From Octopus bimaculoides (Eukaryota), in NCBI RefSeq assembly GCF_001194135.2, contig NC_068982.1, forward strand, positions 39,670,024-39,734,023: a stretch of 64,000 nucleotides of DNA, written 5' to 3'. This document shows, in pieces, positions 13,271 through 27,572 of the stretch. The translations under genes and the position numbers were made by a program. The stretch's first letter is position 1; each line of letters begins with the position of its first letter. Below the pieces are notes generated by a model that worked only from the letters and a program-made list of their open reading frames with translations, was not told the DNA's origin and searched no databases.

Positions 13271-15413
13271 TTTGACTCACCTCACTATGTAAAAATGTAT
13301 ACAATTAAATCCATTTTAATTCAAGTGAAGTATATCGTGCATGAATGTTTGTAGTCGAATGTTGACGTCATAGACTGCTAATTATCGTTTGACTGAATTA
13401 TGCATCGTATCACTTTATTCATCTTGTCATGTAAATTTTTTAAGCAGCACTCGTAATTGCGTCTACAAATAACAGCCTATATAAATCATCTTCTTCTATA
13501 GACGAGGATTTCTACAAAGAAAAGATGTATTTGTGATTATTTCCTACATAAACATTAACAATTGAAGAAGATAGGTATATATCTATATATATATATATAA
13601 AGAAAGGAGGCAATCAGGGTTTCGGATAATTCTTTATTAGCGCTTTCGTTAGTTCAATCGAACTCTTCAAGATGAAAAGTTCGATTCAACGATTGAACAA
13701 AGGAAAGCACCAATAAAGAATTATCCAAAATTCTGAGTGTCTTCTTAATATACAATATCTGTACACCACTTGAAACTATATACATACATACATACATACA
13801 TACGTACATACACCCACCCACACATATATCCACATACATTTTAGATACTTATATGTGATTATATGTATATGTACACACACACACACACACACACACATAC
13901 ACACACACTATTATATTATCAGTCATTGATTGTAAAAATGTCATTCTCCTTGCCTGAACATACAATATTAACAGCCCAAAATACAACTGCCATTGATACT
14001 CTATATAGGGTTGGTAAATGATAATTATCTAAACAGATCAGTTATCTATGTAGTCATTATTACATCTAACATTAATGAAAGTGGAATAGGTTATTTGGTA
14101 TGAGAGTAAAACAATGTAAAATGAGATATACCAAGTACTAATACACATTTAGAACATCATTACAAAGGCTAGAGCTGTAGTTAGAAACACATATGTCTTT
14201 TTGAACAATAACAGTCTAACTCAATGTGTCAATTCGCACCTTTTTGCCAGAAGTAAATTCTTCTGAATTTTTAATGCTACTTGAAATCTTAATTTTTTTA
14301 AACCAATAAGAAATTACTGTACACAAAACAAACATGAAAATATAACCGTGATTGTTTTCTTTTCGGTAACAATTTCTTTCAAGGATAGAAAGATGGGTTT
14401 GGGAGCTTGTAGTTGATTATATCAACCACAGCACTTGAGTGGTACACGTTTTGTATCGCCTCCAGAATGACAAAGGTCAAAGTTGGACCTTGTTTTCTCC
14501 CATTTTTATAGCAAAATAGAGAGTAATTTAGTGATAGTGATTTTGATATGCGCACGTTTAGTGTATAAAGCTAGTTAAAGAAAATATTGTAAAACAATGT
14601 TTGTACATTGTGATTGTTCGACATTGTAGCAGAATATTTGATTATATTTTTGGTTACCGTTCTTGTGGTGAGGATTAAAAGTTATGTTCAATGTTGGAGT
14701 CAGTAGAAAATATTCTTCGTTTAATCCCTAGTATTATCTAACTGTCAACTGGATACTGCATTACTTAGCCATAATTACCAAGATAGTTGATGATACAGGC
14801 ATCCGACTGATATTTGGTATAAATCAACTTTCGAGTTACTATAAAAACTAATATTCTGTCATAGCTATAGAAATAAAATTACACAATAAATAACAAATGA
14901 ATGTTGAGAAAAATCTTGCAAGATTCCTCAGATCCATCATGAAAATTGAATTTCGTCCAACTACTTTGCTTGCGGCCTAAATCACACGAACAAAAAAGCG
15001 ATGATAGCAATATGACTATTGTTTTGTTTTCTTTCTTTCTTCCGGGTTTTCTCGAAAAGCCACTGACATAAAATATTCTACGCTCTACTTATCAAAGAGG
15101 CTTCACAACTTTCTCAGTATATAAATATATCATCACGTTCTCTAACAAATATCGACATCTGCAAAATGATATTTTGCAAACACTCCTTTGTCTATCATTT
15201 TATCATGACAACAACAAGTCTTCATTGCTATTTATCGAAAATCGTTGAAGATGTGACAGAAAATATTTTGATTGAAATTAATTATTTATTTATTAATTTG
15301 TGTGTTTGCAAATATTGTTTTATTTAGCTTCTAAAGTACCATTCGTGCTAGAGTACTCATTATTTTGGTTAATGAAGTCCTAAATGATTTTCTTTCACAT
15401 GTTCCTCCTACAG

Positions 15414-15580
15414 GTGGCGGTGATCATAAATCTTTTAGCCAAAATCTGATGATCCAGGATATTTCGTATGAAAAACATAGTTGTTTTCGCCGCCTTTTGC
15501 CCGTTTATTTATATTTTGTTCTACTAATTTCCAATTTTTTCACACGTGTCGTTGTGGGACAGTGTATAATTAACCCTTAA
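15414..15580 (+). CDS. Candidate alternative terminal exon (G)GGDHKSFSQNLMIQDISYEKHSCFRR...INP*
   Basis: Acceptor tttctttcacatgttcctcctacag|; phase-1 frame open 55 codons. Confidence 0.3.
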
Positions 15581-16170
15581 GTTGGATATTGGTTCAAGTG
15601 GCATAAGACCATGTCCTCACCCTATTGGGCCTATATGACATAAATCCTCAGAGTCCCGCACATCTTAGCTACGTGATTACATCTGGAACTTGATTAAAAA
15701 ATATGGTTCCTTGACAGGTTTCACCACCATGGATCTGGAGGGACCTCTAAATACTTTAAATTTGGAACTGGAGCAAATTATAATGACTCATAATAATTTC
15801 AACAGCCTACGTTCCAATTTCTTCTATAGAAAAATAGAATAGAAATTAGAACAGAAGCTATTGAGAATATAACCATTTCATATGAACGTTCAATGAATGT
15901 AAGATTTTCTTCGTAATCCAATCCATCTGTTGTACGAGATATTATGAAATAATTGCATTCTTTCTGTCGAACAAGAATGGATATTCAGAGGCTATTACTG
16001 CTGTAAATATCCGAAACGAGATATGATATTACTACTGAAGACTCTTTTGTTAGAATCATCCATTGAAGTTGTCAATTTCTCCTTTTTAACTTAGGAAGAA
16101 ATTATTCTATATCTTTCTATACTTTACATTCAAAGCATCACCTAATCTCTTTCTTTGGTTTTTCTGCAAG

Positions 16171-16361
16171 CATCATCTCTTAAAGTTTGTTACACACTTC
16201 TATACTTTTCCAAGTATTTATCTTTCCTAACTTCCAAAACCTATATTTTCTCATCTCTAATCGTCTCTTGCAAATCATTAGTTGAAACTGTTACCGAAAT
16301 TATTATTGCACAACATAAAGTTGATTCATATGACGATCATAACCTAATAATTCTCAAATGA
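16171..16361 (+). CDS. Candidate alternative terminal exon (A)SSLKVCYTLLYFSKYL...IILK*
   Basis: Acceptor ctctttctttggtttttctgcaag|; phase-1 frame open 63 codons. Confidence 0.25.
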
Positions 16362-16600
16362 TAATCGGTACTGAGAATATATCACATCGTCGTAGTATCA
16401 CCGTAAAAGACATATTGAGCCCTTTACTACTACATTACAACCCCAGAATATGTAATTAACTCATAAAGTTGATTCATATGACGATCTATAATTAACTCAT
16501 ATTTCAGTTCGTAGATAAGAAACCCAGGCCACTAACATTCGTGACATTCGCTAAACTTATAATAATAATGATAATAATAATAATGATAATAATAATAATG

Positions 16601-16661
<61 letters not shown>

Positions 16662-16993
16662 CCAAAATGGACACTCTCGTCGAAGTGTTCAATTTTGGCC
16701 AAACGACCTGCACAAATGATTTGCTTATAGTGATCTAATCTAGGTGCTGTACATTAGCTCATCCCCTTCATCGAGTCGACATTGTCTGGAAGGTGCGTGG
16801 TGTACCACGCGTCAGATATCGAAGTGATCGTAGAGCAACATGAGATGAGGTGTTTTGCTCAAATTTACGCTACGAAACCTTTATCATGGGTTAAGCCCGC
16901 GTGTTAAAGTGTGGCTATAAAAGGAATCCAGGTGAGATGATATGGGGAAAATGATGCTTCGTCTTGAAAGGTAAAATATACATACATATATAT

Positions 16994-17032
<39 letters not shown>

Positions 17033-18009
17033 NNNNNNNNNNNNNNNNNNNNNNNNNNNNNNNNNNNNNNNNNNNNNNNNNNNNNNNNNNNNNNNNNNNN
17101 NNNNNNNNNNNNNNNNNNNNNNNNNNNNNNNNNNNNNNNNNNNNNNNNNNNNNNNNNNNNNNNNNNNNNNNNNNNNNNNNNNNNNNNNNNNNNNNNNNNN
17201 NNNNNNNNNNNNNNNNNNNNNNNNNNNNNNNNNNNNNNNNNNNNNNNNNNNNNNNNNNNNNNNNNNNNNNNNNNNNNNNNNNNNNNNNNNNNNNNNNNNN
17301 NNNNNNNNNNNNNNNNNNNNNNNNNNNNNNNNNNNNNNNNNNNNNNNNNNNNNNNNNNNNNNNNNNNNNNNNNNNNNNNNNNNNNNNNNNNNNNNNNNNN
17401 NNNNNNNNNNNNNNNNNNNNNNNNNNNNNNNNNNNNNNNNNNNNNNNNNNNNNNNNNNNNNNNNNNNNNNNNNNNNNNNNNNNNNNNNNNNNNNNNNNNN
17501 NNNNNNNNNNNNNNNNNNNNNNNNNNNNNNNNNNNNNNNNNNNNNNNNNNNNNNNNNNNNNNNNNNNNNNNNNNNNNNNNNNNNNNNNNNNNNNNNNNNN
17601 NNNNNNNNNNNNNNNNNNNNNNNNNNNNNNNNNNNNNNNNNNNNNNNNNNNNNNNNNNNNNNNNNNNNNNNNNNNNNNNNNNNNNNNNNNNNNNNNNNNN
17701 NNNNNNNNNNNNNNNNNNNNNNNNNNNNNNNNNNNNNNNNNNNNNNNNNNNNNNNNNNNNNNNNNNNNNNNNNNNNNNNNNNNNNNNNNNNNNNNNNNNN
17801 NNNNNNNNNNNNNNNNNNNNNNNNNNNNNNNNNNNNNNNNNNNNNNNNNNNNNNNNNNNNNNNNNNNNNNNNNNNNNNNNNNNNNNNNNNNNNNNNNNNN
17901 NNNNNNNNNNNNNNNNNNNNNNNNNNNNNNNNNNNNNNNNNNNNNNNNNNNNNNNNNNNNNNNNNNNNNNNNNNNNNNNNNNNNNNNNNNNNNNNNNNNG
18001 TATGTATTA

Positions 18010-18056
<47 letters not shown>

Positions 18057-19205
18057 GAGTTACTATTTTACTATCATTAGCAGAATGTTCTGTTATACAA
18101 TGAAGGACATAATATTTGAATAATCCTAGTGCTATAATCAGCGAAAGATCTCGTTTTTTCCCATCTACCTTGATTGTTATGATGACTTACCTTCAAATGC
18201 ACCTCAACACCTTCTCTTCTGGAATGTAATTTCTCTACATTTCTATTCGACATTGGTATGCTTAAAATACTGAATGTACGAATGAAATTTGAATTGACTT
18301 CTGTTTCATTTTTTACTCCTGTAATTAGAATTCTTGTTTTCTACCAACATTACTGCAAGATAAAAACTCAAACTCTATATAGTACTTTTGGAACAAATTT
18401 CTTCTTAGAAACGTATAAATAATCTGAAGATGCCTAAACTTTGTTATATTATTGCATTGTGCTTGTGAATACTTATCGGATGCAAATTATCAAGCCCCCA
18501 ACATTTTTGAGGACGTTGATTGATTAAACGTAAATAATGCTCTAGTTACCATGTGATATCCCAAGCCGCCAACTGACATATCTAATAATATTGACTTCTA
18601 TCTACTGACATTGACATCCCAAATATATTGACTGTTAATCAATTGGAAATGATTAGCTGCATTGTATTAGACATCATTTTTCTCTGAGCATTTAACATTA
18701 ATATAGATATATGAATATATAACAAATTCTCATCCTTGAAGATTTTAAGATTGGCGATTCTAAGAAAGATTTGATAATAATATTCACCCAAGTATCTCAG
18801 TTAAGTTCAAAATTTACTCATTTATGATATGAAAGTTACAAAGTTTCAGTTTTTTTTATTTAATTCAACAACATTAAAACATTTTCTGCTAGGAACCAAA
18901 TAATTTCTTTTGTCAAATGAATTAGATTAAATTTGTAAAACACAATCGTAATAATACGTTCTCACGGAGAGATTATATTGTATATCAAGTTTATTAAATC
19001 AATAATATAGATATGTTCGCATACACGTACATACGTACCCAAACATACACACACACATTATATATATATATATATATACATTCATACATATGAGTGTGTA
19101 TGGATATATGCATCTGAGGAGTGAGTGCGTGTAGGTGAGTGCACGTTTATGGAGTGTTTGTGTGTGTGTGCGTGTGTGCATGTGTGTGTGTGTGTGTGTG
19201 TGTGC

Positions 19206-19246
<41 letters not shown>

Positions 19247-19624
19247 TGTGTGTGCGGGCGAGCTTAAATATAAACGTGCTTGCGTGTATTTTATCTATTT
19301 CAGTGACTTCAATAGAAACGCAGTCAACGTACATTCTCCGCCACCGACCAACACATTTAATATTCAGTGCAAATCGATGTGAATCGATAAACCTCGAATC
19401 CTTAAGTAGAATTCTTACTATATTTGAGATTCTGAACAGAGTTTACTTAATTAGGTAGCTGTTTTGTCAAAATACGGAACTTACCCGTCCCTTCCCATAC
19501 AAAATCAAATGCAACACTAAACGTTTCACGTTTTTATACGCAAGCGAAGCGAAAATAACGATTGAATCTTTTTTAATGTTTATGAGGAGAAGAAATTTAT
19601 GTCTATTTGTGATCTGTATTCTAG

Positions 19625-19683
19625 GTGGATGCATATCACGGTATTCTTTAAAATCGCTTCTTCATAGAGATCCCTGTTATTAA
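19625..19683 (+). CDS. Candidate alternative terminal exon (G)GCISRYSLKSLLHRDPCY*
   Basis: Acceptor tctatttgtgatctgtattctag|GT; phase-1 frame to TAA. Confidence 0.3.
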
Positions 19684-21059
19684 GTTAATCTAGACGTTTT
19701 GGTGTGGATATGTACATAATGAACAAAGCTTTCTCTTTACCAGGAAACTGTAGAAATAATCCCTGATAAATTTTCATCGTCTATTTGTTACTATAAGAAA
19801 ATTACTGCCAAGGTTTTTCATAAAAGATATGCATTTTGAAATATATTTCTTTTTAGAAACGCATAAATCTCAGGATAATTCACTTCTTTTCTCTGATAGG
19901 TATATTTGAATTAAGTAATAAAACAATTTGCTTGCATCTTGTTGCATTTGCCGAATTGTAATCCAAACTGTAAATCCAGTATATATATATATATATTGTG
20001 ATATATTTTGTTCATTTATGATAACAGAAATCGTGAAGTACCGCTTTATGCTACATAGTGCAGTATCGTATTGCGCTTAGTTTAAAACATACACTGATCG
20101 ATTTATTCTTTCATCTCTTTAAGGTCGATAAATATACAATGTTTCAACCGACTACATTTCTTCCTATGCGCATTTACTCTTGTGTCTAGTGAATAGGAAT
20201 TATTCTTTCTTTATCGCAGAAAAATTATTTTAGAAAACTGAAAAAACATTTAATCGAGTCACTCTGAACTAGTAGCATCGCCGTCTTCTTCTTCTTCTTC
20301 TTCTTCTTCTTCTTCTTCTTCTTCTTCTTCTTCTTCTTCTTNNNNNNNNNNNNNNNNNNNNNNNNNNNNNNNNNNNNNNNNNNNNNNNNNNNNNNNNNNN
20401 NNNNNNNNNNNNNNNNNNNNNNNNNNNNNNNNNNNNNNNNNNNNNNNNNNNNNNNNNNNNNNNNNNNNNNNNNNNNNNNNNNNNNNNNNNNNNNNNNNNN
20501 NNNNNNNNNNNNNNNNNNNNNNNNNNNNNNNNNNNNNNNNNNNNNNNNNNNNNNNNNNNNNNNNNNNNNNNNNNNNNNNNNNNNNNNNNNNNNNNNNNNN
20601 NNNNNNNNNNNNNNNNNNNNNNNNNNNNNNNNNNNNNNNNNNNNNNNNNNNNNNNNNNNNNNNNNNNNNNNNNNNNNNNNNNNNNNNNNNNNNNNNNNNN
20701 NNNNNNNATATATATATATATATATATATATATAGGTCTGTGTATGTATATCATACATATGTTGGCATATATTACATACACAATATAGGTCATGTTCAAA
20801 TAAATACTGTTTGGCTTACGCTCTTGAATGAGACTCACATTGGAAAAGAATTATGCTCTAAATACATAGCGACTAACACCGAATCACATGAAACAGTTTC
20901 TTTAGAACTTTCACACACGCGCGCGCGCATGCATGCACGCACGGGTACACAGGCTAGAAAACGTATTTCTTGTTTTCTTTAATAACAGTAAATTAATAAT
21001 ACTGCAACTCTTTCTGTCGCATTGAAAACAAACCCATTAAAAACTAATAATAATAATAA

Positions 21060-22520
21060 TGTTTTCCTTATTAACAAAAAATGTTGGGGACGGTACAGGT
21101 CAATACAATTTTGAGCTACATAAAAGGCGTGTAAAAAAGTAAAATGAATTACAAAATATAAATTTTTACAAAACATAATTCCCCCCAAAAAAAGAAGGCT
21201 ACCCAGTGCTGCTCGTGGAAACCCCACAAACGCACGGATGCCCTAACCATTAGAGCAAGCACTTTCTCTACATAGTCTGTAAGCGCAATTTTAGAGTAGG
21301 CCTTGTACCATTCTTACCACATTCACCCACCTTTCCACAAAATTGTTGGATGTGTGGGAAGCACGTCTCTCTCTACTCTCACTTTCCTTTTCAAGTGAGA
21401 GTTTGGCCAAAGAGGAGAGTATCTGTCTTCAGCCCTTTAAATCTGCTACAAGACACAACCTACTTCAGTAAAGCCACCAAAGTATTGAAATCTGCCTGCT
21501 CTTCCCAACTTCGTCCTACACATAACAGCAGCTGTTCAATATAGACCCACAAGTCAGCAAAGTTCGGGTACTAGACGAGAGCATGCAGAACAGATTCGCC
21601 GCTATGCGCGAATCTCGAGCAAGCTCGGCTGACAGAACGTCCATGCCTATAAGTTTATCTCGAACTAGAAACATCCCTTGGTAACACTGCCAGATCAAAG
21701 AATTTTGGATATTATCCATAGGTCTCAGCCCGAACAAACTCCGTGTTTTGGTCTACGCTTGATCCAAGACTATAGCTCAATCAATAAGACAAATTGTAGA
21801 AGAGCAAGTCTGACAAACGGCGCCCGCATCTGCTCATTGCCATTAAATCGCTGGTGATGTCGTAACTTCAGTGCATACCTCTGCAACTATAGCCGTGGCA
21901 TGCCCATTCAGTGAGTGTTGATAGCAAATGGATCACCTGACCAGAGGAACGCGCCCCTTCCACACGGAGCGAAAGAGTATACGTACCAGTTTATGGAGAC
22001 ATAAACCGTAGATGGGTACGAGGGTCAGGTGGTAATATATGACGCATGCAATGCCCAACTCTTCAGAGTATTCTCTCGGTCCATTTCTGGGTAAAAATGG
22101 TCACCCTGGCCGTCGCCTCATCTCCGTACTTTTCCACCTGAAAGCCCGGACTAAACCATACTCCGCGCAATTTAACCGGTCCTTCTGTACAGTGTCCCAC
22201 GACAGTATTGGACGGCATGGAGCTACCTCTCCAGATGCTGAACTGCAGGCCAGCATCTGACTTTTCTTGGTTAATTTTTGCTCTTATATACTTCGTATTA
22301 TTGTATAACGGTGCCGATCAGGTCTATGTACTGGTGTCCGAATCTATGACGGCGACGTCATCCGCATATGCTGACACAGTTCTTCCACGTCCTAGGTCAC
22401 GCAGGATGCTTCTCAATGACCACAATTTCCGCAGTAAGGAACCTAGAGCCAGTACAAAAAAGAGACCAACGGGGTACCCTTGACAGGCTCAGTGAATGAT
22501 GGAAAACGATTCAGAAAAGT
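21060..22520 (-). mobile_element. 5'-truncated Tx1/L1-clade LINE (RT domain to 3' end), degenerate
   Basis: Minus strand RQGYPVGLFFVLALGSLLRKL...RTVSAYADDVAVI (RT motifs QG and YADD), followed by GMPRL.LQRYALKLRH and a T-rich 3' end. Confidence 0.8.
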
Positions 22521-22604
22521 AACTATTCACCCGAACTGCTGATCAGATTTTGTTGTACATTGCGTCGATCCAGCCTTAATAATAACAATAAAAAAATAAT
22601 AATG

Positions 22605-22668
<64 letters not shown>

Positions 22669-22678
22669 NNNNNNNNNN

Positions 22679-22748
<70 letters not shown>

Positions 22749-22799
22749 AAGAAGAAGAAGAAGAAGAAGAAGAAGAAGAATGATAATAATAATAAGCAG

Positions 22800-23211
22800 C
22801 AGTTGATCTTGGTGTAACAAGATGGGCTATGGCAAATATTCTGCTTAATATTGCAGATTGCTTGTCTGTTGCTTGATCTTAAATTGTTGCAGCTCGGCTG
22901 GGATGTGTTACCCCACGCTCCATATTCACCAGATATTGCTCCTTCGGATTTCCACTTATTCAGGTCTCTGCAGAATAGTCTTAATAGTAAAAATTTCAAT
23001 TCCTTGGATGACGTAAAAAGTTACCTCGATGAATTCTTTACCATGGAACCACCTCAATTCTGAGAAGCGTGTATTTCAAGTTAAAGGAAAGATGGAGATG
23101 CATTGTGCATCAAAATGGTTCATATTTGGTTGATTAAAAATGTAATGGCAAGTATTTATTGACCTTTTCTTTCCTTTAAAAATCGGCATGAACTTTCCGG
23201 ACAACCCAATA
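22800..23211 (+). mobile_element. Mariner 3' fragment with terminal inverted repeat
   Basis: LLQLGWDVLPHAPYSPDIAPSDFHLFRSLQNSL (YSPDLAPxD motif); TIR aaaaatcggcatgaactttccggacaacccaata ending in TA. Confidence 0.85.
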
Positions 23212-23242
23212 TGATGACACATAAGTGTGTCTGTGTGTGTGT

Positions 23243-23326
<84 letters not shown>

Positions 23327-24056
23327 GAGAGAGAGTGGAGATAGAAAGAGGTAGAAATTGACCAATGCAATATATTCACTCTGTTTTTGTATAAATGTAT
23401 CAAACACTTACGTTGAAAATAACTGATTCTATAGCAAATAAATACACCATTACGGCTTTAAGTTTATCCTTACATGACATATCTCTTCTATTAATTTTTA
23501 ATAATATTGCATGCTTATCTTTCCCTCATTGCATGTTGTTTGCAATTCTACAAACAGCTAACTAAAGTAATCTACTACCGGATTTTCATTTTAGTGTCCT
23601 TGATGTATCTATTTATCAAGCCGATGAGATAACAATACCTATGATTATTTATATAATTTCTTTCTTGTCTATAGTAACAATGCAATTTATTCAGCGTTAA
23701 CCGTGAGAATGCGCGTGTTAATGTATGGATTTTAGTTGCTTTACAATATTAACCAAGTGTATATATTGACTAAGTGAATATAAAATAGTTTATTCTGCAA
23801 CCTTATATAAAGTAAAGATACTTCTCAATGCATTTACGGTGATAGTATTGTCTGAACTTCGTGACTTCAAAGACATCACAATTCTATAGAGACATGATGT
23901 ACCTAGCTACTTCTTTTCTCTATCTCTCTTTCTCTGTTTATCTTCTCTCCCTCTTCTCTCCTCTTCCTCTTTCTCTATATATATTATATATGTGTGTGTA
24001 TGCATACATGTGTGTATGCATACATGTGTGCATGAACATATCTATCTATCGATCAA

Positions 24057-24375
24057 GTGTAGGCCCGTGGCTTAGTGGTTAGGACATTTGACTCACAATC
24101 GTCAAGTCAGAGTTCGTTTCGCGACTATGCGTTTTGCCCTTGAGCGAGACACTTTATTTCACGCTGCTCAAGCCAACTCAGCTGGCAAAAACGAGCTGTA
24201 CGTGTAATTCTAAAGAACCAGCCTTGTAACATTCTGTGTCACGTTGAATCTCCCTGAGTACTACCGTAAGTATACGCGTGTCTTTGGAGTGCTCAGTCAC
24301 TTGCATGTTGATTTCATAAGCAGGCTGTTTCGTTGATCGAATCAAATGGAACCTTCGTCGTTACCAAAGACATAG
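24057..24375 (+). mobile_element. tRNA-derived SINE, family C
   Basis: Head gtggcttagtggttagg...agttcg; body homologous to 5017-5330. Confidence 0.8.
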
Positions 24376-24432
<57 letters not shown>

Positions 24433-24532
24433 NNNNNNNNNNNNNNNNNNNNNNNNNNNNNNNNNNNNNNNNNNNNNNNNNNNNNNNNNNNNNNNNNNNN
24501 NNNNNNNNNNNNNNNNNNNNNNNNNNNNNNNN

Positions 24533-24574
<42 letters not shown>

Positions 24575-25149
24575 GCGGTATGTGTGTGTGTGTTTGATAC
24601 AATTTTTACTGTTTTGGTTTATAGTTTTGGAAAATTAAATAATTTTAATATAATTTTGGTGGCGCTAATTCCAAATAGAGCGTCATTTTATTTCTCAAGC
24701 ACATCAACTCTTGTCGCTCTCCACCATACGCTAGAAATATGAAATTACCCACTTTTATCATTTTAGGAAAATTACTGATGTTATTAATTCTTCATTTTAA
24801 ACCAAAGTCATTTATTTCAAATTGAAGATAGAAAATATATAAGGTTCCAGTTTCCAACACAACTATACACTACAGTATAATGGGAGAAAAGGTGTAGTTC
24901 CAGCTGTATAGACCTGACTCAAAGAAAAATCATCTAGCTTACGACATTGTGATAGTGATACCATCAACTGATTACTATCATGAGCTGAGAAATTTTACAT
25001 AATGGTTAAACTGCTTCTTTGAAAGAATAGCCTGTAAACTTTGGAATGTGCTGTACGTGGGAAAACAGTTTGAAATGTAGTTTCTTAGACATTTTTCTTG
25101 TGTTTATAAAATAAGAAGTGTTGTAAAACAGATAAAACAGATACTATGA

Positions 25150-25900
25150 AGAAGAGCATCTAGACTTCAAAATGTCTGAGGGAATAAAATAATTTGATAG
25201 GTATCTTTGTAGACAGATTTTCGCAGAGTAGATTGCGTGAAATACTTAGCTAGATGGCTGAGAAGTATGTTTCCTTATTTATTTGTATTATTCGGTTGTA
25301 ACTTTGACCCACTGCAAGCCAAGTTCTACACTATATGTCTAGATTTCTAATCTAATAAGACTGGTATTTATGAGCAATCACAACCTAGATATCGTGTTAT
25401 ATTTGTGGAAGAGAAAGAGTTCTGATGAGTCAACCCACATTCGAAAGAACAGGTGACTCTTCTTAAAGATTGCTGCTGCTATATCAATATTTTTGAATAT
25501 AACACCAAATCTATATCGAAAATATATTACTAAAGTATACAAGTATAATATCTGGACCTGATTATGATGAAATGCTTGTTGCTGTATTCAATAAATTAAG
25601 CTAGACAATATCGATGAACCTGAATGATACTCAGCAGATGAAAGTTTTGACAAACTGCTGATACAAGGGAACCTAAACACTTCATTCAGTCTAAATTGAA
25701 TTACTTAATGCAAGATTTAGATTTTCCTAATACTGCAGCAAAATTATTGGGATTTAGGTTGAATAAAAATAACGTGCTAGCTCTGGGAATAGCATTTAGT
25801 TTCTATCGACATAGAGAAAAGCAATCTCATTTTGTATGGAAGGTAACATCGTTTACTGTCATGATGTTAATGGCACGGTACGCTGTAATGGAATGTCAAG
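25150..25900 (+). mobile_element. Degenerate DNA transposon fragment (superfamily not assigned)
   Basis: Peptides FGC...W, REQ..DCCCYIN and LNYLMQDLDFPNTAAKLLGFRLNKNNVLALGIAFSFYRHREK resemble a widespread invertebrate transposase (ELNDLVRDL.L.K..AELL.SRL pattern, recalled). Confidence 0.55.
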
Positions 25901-26596
25901 ATGAATCAAAATGCATCTAATTTGCAGACAGAAATATAAGTGAAAGAGCAAGAACTGCCCATAAAACAGCTAAATTTCCGAGCTATTATACCCACATAAT
26001 AGTAAGTTCTATTCTACGATTATGGACAACACACATACTCACGCATACACATACAAATATATTTATGTAAGAATACATTCACACACACACAACACAAAAA
26101 CATACATTTATATACATACATACATACATACATACATACATACATACATACAGAAATTCGAACAAGGAGACAGATATACGTACGTATTATGTACATGTGC
26201 TTATATCAATTATATGTAAATATATGCTTCGAGGTAAATAAAATGTTTGATGGCTGTTATTACGTAAAATGGAATTAGTATCTTAAATATATGATGCAAA
26301 ATTTACCTCTTATAATCTATTAAGTAGAAATATATGTTTAGATCTATAATACGTATATATTCATGAAGTATACGAAAAGTTCTGCTTATGTTAGCACATA
26401 TGTGTGTTTTTATCCTGCATTCATTTAACCGTATTTAAATATATGAAAATCTATTATAAAGAATATGAGATAAAATTTATATTTAAATTGAAGCATTCAT
26501 TAGCAGGCTAACACACACACACACAAACACACATACTGACGCACACACACGCGCACGCATACACACATACGAATACACACACACTCACAGATACAG

Positions 26597-26645
<49 letters not shown>

Positions 26646-26686
26646 CATAGATATATAATTCCATGCATACTACGGCTGTGTGGATT

Positions 26687-27010
26687 GGCGCAGGAGTGGT
26701 TATGTGGTAAGAAGCTTGCTTACCAACCACATGGTTCCGGTTCAGTCCCACTACGTGACACCTTGGGCAAGTGTCCTCTACTATACCCTCGGGCCGACCA
26801 AATCTTTGCGAGTGGATTTGGTAGACTGAAACTGAAAGAAGCACGTCGTATATACATATATCACTTGATAACCAATCTTGGTGCGGTTCGGCAAAAAAGC
26901 CCGATATAATAAGTACTAAGCTTACAAAGAATAAGTCCTGGGTCGATTTGTTCTACTAAAAGCGGTGCTCCAGCATGGCCGCAATCAAATGACTGAAACA
27001 AAATAAAAGA
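26687..27010 (+). mobile_element. tRNA-derived SINE, family A
   Basis: Head ggcgcaggagtggttatgtggtaagaagcttgc...ggttcagtccc; tail ccagcatggccgcaatcaaatgactgaaac. Confidence 0.9.
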
Positions 27011-27495
27011 ATATGTATATACTTATGTAAGTATATGTGCATGGGTGCGTATTAGGCGTTTCACCCTTGTTTGTATTAGATTTTACTCTCGTTTGTTTTC
27101 CTGTCTCTTGCGAACATTAAAGGTATTATATATTACTACTCAATCTTATACTGTCAAATCGTTAAGAATTCTATGAAACGCAGACACACATATGTATCTA
27201 GAAATTACAAGGGGACACACAGAAACTACTGAGACACACCACATTAACTTTAGATTATGCCCCTCTACTCGAGGAAATGCCTAACTCTACTCCGGCCAGT
27301 AGCAACTATTCAGTATAGGTTTCTGACTGACGGATTTGCGTTAACCACTTCGCTGTGACTGTGGGCTCACAAGGGTTCCTTTTTAGGCAATCAGGAGCAT
27401 TTCGACTCAGAAAACTGAAAACAACAACTATTACCGCAAGGCGAAGAAAGCATTTCAGACGGCAATCTTTTAACATGTCTTGTGTCTTCACGCAG

Positions 27496-27572
27496 TCCTC
27501 AGGCTATGCCCATATAGCATAAGATTGTCTATGATCAGAGAATTGGTGTGTAAGTCGTGGAGCACAATGTGA
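27496..27572 (+). CDS. Candidate alternative terminal exon (V)LRLCPYSIRLSMIRELVCKSWSTM*
   Basis: Acceptor tgtcttgtgtcttcacgcag|; phase-1 frame to TGA. Confidence 0.25.

Noticed and set aside
16314-16502. 25-bp direct repeat cataaagttgattcatatgacgatc (16314, 16462) and 23-bp repeat at 4137/4637
   Set aside because: Only two copies each, with no spacer regularity or element between them; likely local micro-duplications, not CRISPR or LTRs.
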